This document shows, in pieces, positions 53,547-64,000 of a stretch of 64,000 bases of DNA. The position numbers were made by a program, and so were the translations under genes. The notes below the pieces were generated by a model, which saw nothing but the letters and a program-made list of their open reading frames with translations, did not search any database and was not told where the DNA came from. The stretch's first letter is position 1; every line of letters begins with the position of its first letter. The stretch is taken from positions 1 to 64,000 of the forward strand of contig DF237434.1 in the NCBI GenBank assembly GCA_000708835.1. The letters run 5' to 3'. This DNA is from Klebsormidium nitens. Its lineage: Eukaryota; Plantae; Klebsormidiophyceae.

Positions 53547-56500
53547 ATGGCGGATAGTGATTCGGCGCAGCCAACGAGCAGCTCAGAGAACGACTCAGAG
53601 TTTGCAGCATTGCTTGAGGCGGAGCTTGACAAGGACGATTGGGGGTCAGAAGATCAAAATGCGGCTGGCGTGGACAGTCACAGCCATGAAAGAGTTGACA
53701 TAGAGTAAGTGATCAGCCAATGTGAACAAACTGAGAGGCAGCACCGAATGCCGTCTCAGAATGGTCCTGCTCAGCTGTCACTCCTTAGGGACCCGGATGA
53801 ACAAGGACATAAGTTGCAATTGCGACAGCGTATCTTGTTGACAGGCGCTTCTTTTTGAGCAGATTGCATGATAGGTTGGTGGTGCATGATTGATCATCTG
53901 AAAGAAGAGTTGGACACTTCTTATGCCCTGACTTTCCTCGTTACAGGGATGTTGACAACCAGATAGGGGCGCAAGTGGCGGAGGCACCGTTGATAGGACA
54001 TGCTGCTAGCCAAGCCGTTGACGAACCAGGTGGGGCAGAAGGGAAGGGCAAGGAGGCCGGAATCTGTCCTCCCCACCCCGGATACATGTGGAACATCTGC
54101 ATTCGCTGTGGGAAGGCAAAGGAGGAAGATGATGATGAGAAAGGAGTGGCCCTACGGTATCTTCATCAAGTGAGACCTTCTCACCAAAACTTTGTAAACA
54201 TCCACATCTATGTGAAGATCGAAGAAAGGACGTTTGGTTAGCTAGTCCCCACAGGTTGCACTTTGGTTCTTAAGGCTGCAAATTTTGCTTCTGTATTTGA
54301 TTTTGAGCTTCTATTTTTCCTTTTCACCCTCGTTGCTCTTGCCTTTCAAGTTAATCAGTTTGGCAAGCACAATAGAGCTTCACCAACACAACCACCCAGG
54401 TTAGGCTCTCAGTAAGCTCCGGATGCAGGGGTTGGAGGTGAGCGCGGTCGAAGCGGACCGTCTCCGAAAGGACGACCTCCAGAAGCTGCTGGCGCAGAAG
54501 AAGCTGTACCTGGTAGTGGACCTCGACCATACGTTGCTCAACTCAACAAGGATGGCCGAGGTGAGGCGTCTGCCCGCACAGACGGACTGCGTCATTGCCC
54601 CAGCTCTTTACACCACTGACGAGGCTTCTTTGAACCGCAGTATGTTGTTGAGAAGGCTTGCCTGAACTTCAACTGGCGCATACAGCTTTACTGGGCCACA
54701 AAGGTACTTCTGACTGTGTACCGTGCCTGAGACTGGAATTTGGATTCTGCCTGCTCTGCTCATGCCAGCAGTCGTCATAGTTGATGGGAAAGCAGATTTG
54801 CCAACCATGCCACTATGCCAGCCTCGTCTCCAAATGAACTTTCTAGTGCCACATGAACATGCCACCCAAGCTACCACGTTAGACACATCAGCCCTTTCAC
54901 AATTTCCACTCCCGTCCTCATTCCTTCTTTCTAATCATAACCTTCCTCCAGGTCCCAGACAGCGACGCCGCCTACCTCCGCTCCGCCTACAGCCCCACCA
55001 CAGTCTTCCCCCCCGCCGCCGCCCCCAGCGCCAATGAAGACGACCTGCTGTATCAGCTGCCGCCTCTGTCGATGTGGACCAAGCTACGGCCGTTTGTGCG
55101 CGAGTTCCTGGAGGAAGCGGCGGGGCTGTTTGAAATGTACGTGTACACCATGGGGGAAAAGCTGTACGCGCAGGTGACCCAGGCCGCCTGCCTCTCACTG
55201 TCGCCTTTTTACGAAACGTGCTGAATTCTCACCTGATATCGTTAAGACATGCCGAAACTTATGAAGGAAAAGAACATTTGAGCACGGCGAAAGACTTGGA
55301 TCGTGCGTTGTCAGAGAGTGCAGAGGAGTCGCGGAAGAGAGAGCACCGTTTGTCAAACGGCTCTGGAAGGTTTGTCCAAAACTCCAGATCTTGGCCAGTG
55401 GCTCTTTGGATACTCGACAGAAGAAGTAACTTTAAAGGCATACCTCGCTCCTGTTCCCGTCTAGCTTTCCTAAGCGTTTGGCAGCGGCGTTGACAATCTC
55501 CTTTCCACCAGCTCAGCTGGGCTTAATGGCACAATTTAAGCTTGTGATTGTCGAGACGAAATCCCAGCGTTCACGGTCGAAGGTACACGGTCTGTTGAAC
55601 GGTTGCTTCCAGGCGTTGATACCAGCCTCAGTGCAATTCACCCGCTGAAACCATTCTTTCGTCAGTCTACCAGCAGGCCCTTACAAGTCACTAATCTGGT
55701 TCTAATTCTCGCTTATGGCTGAACGAGAAACTCATTGCAATGTATGTGCAGGCCATGTGAGGCCTTCGTATGTAAGGCAACAAGCGTGTCTCACTCACTG
55801 GTATACATCCCATCCATCACCTATTGCTGAACAAGCTTTACATCGTCGTATGCGTAGGCGATGGCCCGGTTGCTGGACCCCTCTGGGCGGCTCTTTGGGG
55901 AGCGCGTGATCAGCCAGCAGGACAGCACCAGCCGCAAGACCAAGGACCTGGACGTCGTGCTCGGGGCGGACTCCGCCNNNNNNNNNNNNNNNNNNNNNNN
56001 NNNNNNNNNNNNNNNNNNNNNNNNNNNNNNNNNNNNNNNNNNNNNNNNNNNNNNNNNNNNNNNNNNNNNNNNNNNNNNNNNNNNNNNNNNNNNNNNNNNN
56101 NNNNNNNNNNNNNNNNNNNNNNNNNNNNNNNNNNNNNNNNNNNNNNNNNNNNNNNNNNNNNNNNNNNNNNNNNNNNNNNNNNNNNNNNNNNNNNNNNNNN
56201 NNNNNNNNNNNNNNNNNNNNNNNNNNNNNNNNNNNNNNNNNNNNNNNNNNNNNNNNNNNNNNNNNNNNNNNNNNNNNNNNNNNNNNNNNNNNNNNNNNNN
56301 NNNNNNNNNNNNNNNNNNNNNNNNNNNNNNNNNNNNNNNNNNNNNNNNNNNNNNNNNNNNNNNNNNNNNNNNNNNNNNNNNNNNNNNNNNNNNNNNNNNN
56401 NNNNNNNNNNNNNNNNNNNNNNNNNNNNNNNNNNNNNNNNNNNNNNNNNNNNNNNNNNNNNNNNNNNNNNNNNNNNNNNNNNNNNNNNNNNNNNNNNNNN

Positions 56501-59500
56501 NNNNNNNNNNNNNNNNNNNNNNNNNNNNNNNNNNNNNNNNNNNNNNNNNNNNNNNNNNNNNNNNNNNNNNNNNNNNNNNNNNNNNNNNNNNNNNNNNNNN
56601 NNNNNNNNNNNNNNNNNNNNNNNNNNNNNNNNNNNNNNNNNNNNNNNNNNNNNNNNNNNNNNNNNNNNNNNNNNNNNNNNNNNNNNNNNNNNNNNNNNNN
56701 NNNNNNNNNNNNNNNNNNNNNNNNNNNNNNNNNNNNNNNNNNNNNNNNNNNNNNNNNNNNNNNNNNNNNNNNNNNNNNNNNNNNNNNNNNNNNNNNNNNN
56801 NNNNNNNNNNNNNNNNNNNNNNNNNNNNNNNNNNCTTGGGTCGAACTTCGCCGTGCTCATCTTCGATGACACCGAGGCGGTGAGTTGGCTGACCCTTTGA
56901 GTTTGGCGTTCCGAAACGCTTCGAGCTGCCAACGGTCGTTTCAAGACAAGTGTCGTACTCTGGTCGTAAATAGCAATCTTTACCGTTCATCCTGATCGTC
57001 GTTCTCGGGGCCGATATTCCGCCGTACTCATCATCGATGCCACAGAGGGGTGAGTTGGCTGACAGTCTGTTTTGATTGCAAGTCGTCTTGAGCTCTACTA
57101 CCCGTCCTTTCATCTGTGACGAGGTTTCTCGTTTTAGTCGAGCGGGGGTGGACAATCGTCTCCCTTGATCCTGACGTCAACCCAGCGGACCTGGGCCGTG
57201 CCGGAAATCAAGCGTGTGTGTTTGCAGACGGCATCGCTTCTCTTCCGTCGCCTTCGCAACGTAGGTATTGCTTCTTGTGTTAGACAGCTTTCTTCTCGGA
57301 TTAAGAATCTGCATCCGTCTGTCCGCGAGTTGATTGGGGCAGGTAGCTAGATCGAGCGATAGGAATGGAAAGCGCGTCCAATTGCAACCGAATGTGGGCT
57401 GCAACCCCTGAGAAGAAAACGATCTCGCCGTTCATGCTTTCTGTCTTTCACCGGGGATACCCCCTGGGCCACCTTTCAGAAACACGAGGCACGTCATATC
57501 GACGGTTCTAACTCTTTCGCTTCTGACGCTCCGAGCCCTCCAGAAGCCCCTGTAAACATCAGGGCTTTCGCTCTGTCCTGTAGTTTTGAAGAGAAGGAAC
57601 GGGCCAACCAGGTAACGTCACGTGGCGGTGTAAAACCCGGAAGCTCCGTACCCGTCAGTCTGCTGTCGTCTAATAACAGATGGGAGATTCCCGTATTCTC
57701 CCCTCCACCAATGTGGTCCAGTGGCGTCCCATCTGCTAACGTCACGTGGCAATCCGAAAGGCTCCGCATTTTACGCCCCCCAGGAGCCCCGCCGGTCTGC
57801 TGGTGTTTGAACTGTACTAGTTGTTTCGGTTGAGCTGAAAACCTCGTTTGCTGGTGCCACGTGGCAATCCAAACAGCTCCGCATTTCTGTGCTCCCAGGG
57901 ATGGCCTAAGGACCGGGCGAAAGTGCTGGTTATCGAGCGGTACTACTTCTTCCATCTCCCGAACAAGATGGAAGAAGTGGTGTGCTTCAAAAGCCGTTCG
58001 ATTTGCTGGTGCCACGCGTGGCAACCCAAACAGCTCCGCGATTTGTGCTCCCAGGTGTGGCCAAAGAACCGGGCGAACCTGCTGGTCATCGAGCGGTACC
58101 ACTTCTTCCGGTCGAGCCGGCGCCAGTTCGGCCTGCCCGGGGAGTCGCTCGTCGAGGCCAAGAAGGACGAGTGCAGCGAGGAGGGGGCGCTGCGGGGCAT
58201 CCTGGACACCCTCAAAACGGTACACGCCGACTTCTTTGCGCCGCGAACGGCGCCGGCGGACGTCCGACAGGTGAGGTGCCGTTGGAATCTTGTGTTTAGC
58301 GGGAGCAATTACAGAATACTGATTCTGCTTCCTTGTCCGTTTTGCGGGATTGAGTGCGACACACAATGCTGTCCATTTTGGAGCCGCATCTCTTAGCGGT
58401 AAGAGAGCCGCTAAGAGCTGCGGCTCCAAATGCAACGAGGATTCTAGGCGCTTCGTGCTGGATCTATTTTGCTGGGCTGCGCATGTGGACATGAAAGAAG
58501 GTCAAGTTGTGGTCCGCCCAGCACTGTACTCGTGTGACTTGTCTGGTGCAAACATCAGGACTTTAAAGGTAACAATCGGACACAACTCTAGTAATGTAGA
58601 CCTGTAGCACGTCGTTTCCGGATGCCTCGTTTCCTCCGACCAGCCCTCATCCGGGTGCTTTGTAAGCTGACCGTTGATCTGACCGTCGAAGTTTTGAGGA
58701 AACGCTGTCACCACACTCTAATAATGGGGTGAATTGTCTGATTTTTTCGGAAACAACTGGCGATGATGCAATCCAGGATATCAAGCGCATGTGCGAAGCT
58801 TCATTCTTGGTCAATGTACTCCAGATGCTGGAATTGCAATAAAGCCAAAACTCTATAACCTGTCTAGGCTGACCTCGATAAGGGCGTCATGTAACGCATG
58901 TTCCTTCTTCTTGTGTCCTTGAAAACTTGTTCCGACTGACTATCGATGCTGTTGCATGCGTCACCGCGAAGAATGACATCGTTAGAAATGGCCAGCAGGC
59001 CTAGCCGTCGACGATTGATAGTGAAAGGCAGAAAGGCGTCTTGTTTTATCTGAGCTGAGCTTTTTGATCCTCCTGGTCGCAAGCTCGTGGTGGTTATAAT
59101 GCCTGCAAAGCTTCGTGGCGCCAAAGCCTTTGGCAAACCTCGATTCGCTTGGTTTTAGGCTGACACCGCCGTTTGTTTTAGAAGCTCTGGGACGTGCACG
59201 GCCCACTTAGCTTGATTGAGCCGCGTCCACAGATTATATCCTGATACGTTGCATGTTGCTTGTTGCTCTCCCTCGACTCAGTATAAAACGGGGTCCTGAG
59301 GCACAGGCCTGAATCGGTGAAGTTGTTGCCGTGAAAGTCCTATCTTGTGCTGGCAAGGATCGGTGGGCTGCAAGATGCTGCGAATGATTGAGAGGACCGT
59401 CACACTTGTCAAACCGACATGCCCAGTCAGGTGCCGATTTGAAGTTTCCCTATTTGAGCGTGTTCATTTGTGAGGTCAATTTGAGCGGGGATTGCTGTTG

Positions 59501-62500
59501 CTTACCTGTCATTTCTGGGTTTGAACTGGACATGGGCGAGACAAAGATAGAACGAATTTTTAACTAGTGGCTTTCTCTACACACGTCCCAAGGGCAACGA
59601 TAGAAGTGCGCATGGACGTAGTCCAAGCGAGTGCACTATGTTCGCGCTGACGCCCTGTTTTGTTTTTCCATGGGTAAAGCCGCGTTTGATGACCTTCTCC
59701 CTGCCCGTCGCTGACCTCGCATCGCCGTTTGTACCAATTGCAGACTGTCCGATTTGATTCCTGCTTTCTTTGCGTTATGTTGGTCAAGCTTTCCGACAAA
59801 AGGAGGGCCCCGCAACAGAGCTTCTCCTGTCCGAAAAAGATGGACAGATTTTAAGGAGGCGCCTTTTGGTTGCGTTGCAGTCTGGTTGAATTGGTATTAA
59901 ACCTGGTTCTTGATGTCTTCCGGTCAACCCAAGCGGTGCCCACTTCACGAGCGACTCAGAAGCTACTTGTATGACGACACCGGCGCTTTTGTAAACAAGC
60001 GTCATTCGACGGCAGTGATGCCTATCCAATATTTTGGGCTTCACATGGGCTCACAGCGTTTTTGATGAGCTGTTGACGCTTGTGAGAAGATTAGGAAGCT
60101 CTGGCTGACTGCGGTCGATTGCAATCCTCTAACCATAGCGGTCAGTTTCAATCCCGACCAAACTAGACAAACGCTCTTTCAAGGCTCGAGCAAAGTTTCC
60201 TTTCTTGCTTTTGCCGTGCTAAGATTGCCCACCCAATTGTGAGACTGCTTCAGTATCTGGAATGTATTTCACAGAGCACTGACCTACACGGCTGCTCTTT
60301 CTCGAGCCGTACAATCAATCCAGCAAGCAAATAGAAAATCTCGACCGGTGTTGAAGCAAACAGTCGCGGCTTCTATTCTTGTGCTATCGAAGGGGAGCCT
60401 TGTGTTTAATCACTCGTAGGAAGGTGCTGTAACAGTACACCGTTGATTCTACCGTTGGTTATTGTAATGGATTTTGAGGCTGAAGCTTGTTTCTTCAGGA
60501 GTTTGCAGCTTCTCGTGGGAGGTCATGATGCTCACAAAGCTTCGGTCGTCCGCACTTCGGTTGAACCTAGTCGATCGAGATTGGCTTGCAATATGGACCT
60601 GATCCTGCTGGCGCAAGTAGGCTCTTTCGAACCAGACTGGCCGTGCAAGAGAAACCCGGCACTTACGCTGGCTCGTTGATTGAACACGGCACGTTTCGAG
60701 ATGCTCGGACAGTCGCGGGGTCTACAATTGCTGTCAAAAAGCTGCTACATCTATCCGCCTAGCCGGAAAGTATACATAGTACTACAATCATGGCCCGGAT
60801 GCAGAGGAAAGGGCTGAGCCAATACCGGCTCACCGAAAATCGGTGGTGACTGATGCCACGCTTTTCGTGAGACTCATGGGGCACTCCGCCCACTCAGGGC
60901 CTCATTCCGCTCGTTTTTTCCCGAGCTCAGTCCAAGTTTGGCCGATCTCCACGCTATTCAGCCAGATCTTGCTCCAATGAACTGAGGCTGGCAAGCTGGG
61001 TGTCGGAATGGCTCTGCTAGATACTTTCCGCTTGCTCAGAAGATTGCAGATCTCTATTCAATAATGCTACGTTTGCTCCTCACCCTGTCTTTGAAATCTG
61101 CTCCTTGATCAGATTGTTTCTGGTCGACCTCTATCGCTGGTATTTCCCTTCTGGACACCGCAAGTGTTGGTTTCATGCTGGCCCCGTCGAGGGAAGGACT
61201 GTGAGTGCAATGGGTTTCCTCGCCTGTAAATATGTTTATACTATTTGTTCGGGTCCGGATTTCCTAAATATCCTTATGGGGTCCCATGACGCCATTACCG
61301 GTGGGTATGCCTTTCTCTTAGCTCTCGGAGTTGAAGCCCTTTAGTGTTGCAACCAACAGCTGACCAATAAGTAACCATCATTCTTCTTTTGTGCCTCCCT
61401 AATCGAGCAGCGCCCTTCGGTCCTGGATCATCTTTCATAGCCCTCGAGTCGGAACTGACTTCAGATGCAAGCGAAAACTTAGGCAGATTGATCCGCATAC
61501 TAAAACTGCCGGTCTTCTTGGTAGAGTTTGGCGCCGTTTTGCAAGGAGATCACGCGTACTCGTGAATGAGTTGCTGCTGTTTGAGATGGCCATGGGCTGA
61601 CAAGAGGTGGATTTACACCCTGAGGAACACATGAACTGCCCCACTATCCTTTTGTTTTTCCCAGTTGCTTTTTGCTCTGCTCTCTGAGAACCAAACAAGC
61701 TTCTTCCAAATAGCCGTGATGCTCGCAGACACGAGGACGCCCTCAGTCATTGTACGTTATGAAGAGCTGACGCTGTTGGTATTTGCACTTGCCAACTTCA
61801 AGAGTAGCCCATTGGCTAACTTGCGATCCGCTGCCAATCGCTCAATCGCTCGTCTTTGTTTCACTAAGTTTTGATCTAGCTTATCAGACCCTTCGTCGTC
61901 TGACTAGAGCGAAAGCTATGTGAAAGGCACAATCCTGCCGACCAACGCATACGTACGGAGATAGTTCCGGAGATACGAAGCCTTACAAGTTGTCATACTT
62001 GGAGGCAGTTTATTTATTTCCATCAAGTTGCGTATCCGAAGGGACAAGGCACTGATGCTCAACAGCTGTGGGGCGACCCAAACCGGTTCTGAAGAAGGGG
62101 CTGACGCCACGGTTTCGCGTTGCTATGCGTTCAATTTGCCGCCAGTCAAACTTCTTTTTATCGGACTGTCCACAGTTGTGCTGCCTCACGTTGCTTTCTC
62201 ATGTGCGTCCTCGTCTCCTCCGCCAATCCGTCGCCCCCGGTCTTGCGCCTATTAAGTTAACATTGCGTCCTCTACCGCTGTTTGATACCAAGGCAACGGG
62301 GCACCAAATGTAGGACAACCGTCCTACGGAACGCACTGTGTCGCCGCGAAGCGCCATTTGACCTGCTAAAGAAGCATACAATACGGAAGAAATGACCAGG
62401 AATTGTGCAAGCAAGCAAACTACGATGTTGGGGGACCAGGCATGCTTTATCCGTCTTGAGAAGCGTCACGCAAATGCTTCGTCCGTTTCTGTTTCTTTGT

Positions 62501-63447
62501 TCAGCCTCCTTCACGACATCTTATGGTTTGAAAAGGCCATGATGCACAGAAAGATGGGGATCCTTTCCCCATGTCTTCTTTGTTCTTTACTGATGCCCTT
62601 GACAGCAGATGTCACTCAGCGACTCAGCCGCTGGTTGAGCGTCGTTTCGTTTGTGGTCGCTCAGACGCAGCTTTGGTCCGTCTCGTTGACCCTGGTTTCA
62701 GAGGTCTCGTCGACGGACTTCTCTGGTTCATCACGAACTTGGACGAGTTCCATCGAAGATATTAGGCACTGGAGGTGGTAATGATGATTATAGAGCCTGG
62801 GATTGCTCAATCGCAGCAGCTCACTCGTCTTGCTTTGGCTGACACCACGGATATCACCCGAACGCGTGAATCCGTGTGCGCACTCTTCGAAGCTTTCTAA
62901 TCGAGACTCAGTATGTCGCTAGACGACGACTGACTGGTCAAGCTGCTAGAAGCTTCTTCCCAAACCCTGACCAGTCGATGTCGTCCAGATTGAGTACAAG
63001 TCTTGTGATGTGAGCAGCTGGGGAACAGATTTTGGAGACTTGATACGGTCTCGCACTTGCTTAGGCGCTGCAAGACGGTGCTCGTCAGTTCCTTCCGTAA
63101 GGTTCGCCATCATACGGTTCCGGTTCCGCAGTACACAGACGTATAAAGAACAAGTACCGACGATCTTCTAAGTAGTGCCCTTATCTCACCAGGTCTTGGC
63201 CTCCGTCCGACGTGGCATCCTCTCCGGCTGCCACGTGGTCTTCAGCCGCATCTTCCCCCAGGGCTTCCCGCACCACGAGTCCCACCCGCTCTGGATCCGC
63301 GCCACCGAATTGGGGGCGACCTGTTCCCTCAACGTTACACTTGAAACCACCCATGTGGTCGCCGTCGAACCCGGGACGGAGAAGGCGCGGTGGGCGCGCG
63401 CAGAGGGCAAGTTTGTCGTACGACCCGAGTGGCTGGACTGCTGCCAG
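53547..63447 (+). CDS. CPL4: RNA polymerase II CTD phosphatase-like 4 (FCP1 family, HAD plus BRCT); last exon appears to lie beyond the window
   Basis: Exons 53547-53704, 53947-54169 (CPPHPGY..CIRCG), 54429-54560 ([12 protein letters not shown], DxDxT), 54952-55173 ([15 protein letters not shown]), 55857-gap (KDLDVVLG), 58055-58270 (IERYHFF) and 63193-63447 (BRCT: [20 protein letters not shown]). Confidence 0.92.
55978..56834. other. Assembly gap (857 N)
   Basis: Run of N that starts inside CPL4 exon 5. Confidence 1.
56835..57070 (+). repeat. Copies of the CPL4 exon-5 end plus donor right of the gap
   Basis: CTTGGGTCGAACTTCGCCGTGCTCATCTTCGATGACACCGAGGCG|GTGAGTTGGCTGAC (56835-56893) and CTCGGGGCCGATATTCCGCCGTACTCATCATCGATGCCACAGAGGG|GTGAGTTGGCTGAC (about 57004-57063) overlap the pre-gap CTCGGGGCGGACTCCGCC. 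Confidence 0.8.
57610..58110 (+). repeat. Four graded copies of the CPL4 acceptor plus exon-6 start
   Basis: cacgtggcaatcc/aaccc..gctccgc..cccag units have the acceptor G at 57658, 57783, 57898 and 58054 (real). Confidence 0.85.
58864..61499 (-). CDS. Candidate antisense gene nested in CPL4 intron 6 (unknown protein)
   Basis: Stop-free, phase-consistent exon chain 60730-60667, 60108-60055, 59525-59506 and 59102-58864, with strong sites (TTTTTGACAG, GTAAGT, GTGAGC, GTAAGC, TTTGCAG). A second in-phase pair lies at 61499-61299 and 61198-61084. The link between the two chains and the start codon are unresolved. Confidence 0.45.
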
Positions 63448-64000
63448 GTGTGTTTTTGGAAACTTACGCGACTTCACATCTTTCTTACATATGCTTCCTC
63501 GTTTTCCTAAGCGCTACGTCGTATCTGAGATTGTCTGAACATCGCGTTTCAATAGGAATGCACGTACTTCTCCGATCGCCGGTGCTACTAGGGTCTTCGT
63601 GGTTCCAAATCTCCCTCCACCTCAGAAAAGGGCTCCTATGTCATCTCTCGTTGTTGGTTCCGGACATTCATACCGGATCCGTCTCATGTGCACGTTCTTA
63701 CGTGTCTGATGCTTTCGCAAACAACTTGCCTCACTTCGGCTTCTTTGAACAAGTTTACGATCGTTCATCCGTCGTTCTGCGCCTCACTTCGTTCACAAAT
63801 TATGATTGGTCGTATGGGGAGCGTGATGTCCTTGTTCGCATAGGCTCGTCCTCTGAAGTGTGACGCTTCTCCAGAGCCTCTCAGGATTCCCAAAGTAATC
63901 AGAGCAGCCCACATCCCAGCGGAAGACTATAAATATGCAAATTTATCCAGAAAGGCTTCATAAACACGGGGCTCTCATAGTAGGCCCTCGCATTTAACAC

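Noticed and set aside
55821-57155. 300-440 aa ORFs in the track
   Set aside because: Artefacts of translating through the N gap.
60660-60760. Plus-strand kinase-like peptide [18 protein letters not shown]
   Set aside because: No convincing HRD or DFG follows. The same bases form a clean minus-strand exon with strong splice sites, so it is probably a shadow.

Overview
Intron-rich eukaryotic nuclear DNA of about 52% GC with GT-AG introns. Gene content and style fit a streptophyte green alga (Klebsormidium-like); this is inference and was not verified. One assembly gap is present (55978-56834). Genes reconstructed by hand-splicing: CPP1/DUF3353 J-like protein (+), P-class PPR protein (-), FAH-domain protein (-), a degenerate LSG1-like GTPase relic (+), a SPARK/RKF3-type receptor-like kinase (+), GCIP/CCNDBP1-like protein (-), SMG9 (+), RPB10 (-), a bacterial-type VOC/glyoxalase gene (+), an unrecognised membrane protein (-) and CPL4/FCP1-type CTD phosphatase (+, runs off the window). 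The most striking unexplained structure is 'splice-junction echo arrays'. In at least 7 genes, introns carry tandem, diverged copies of the adjacent exon-intron junction, often keeping AG or GT. The largest has 9 units of about 150 bp in SMG9. Also found: a 336-bp MITE with 56-bp TIRs and a 5-bp TSD, and a candidate antisense gene nested in the 4.9-kb CPL4 intron.
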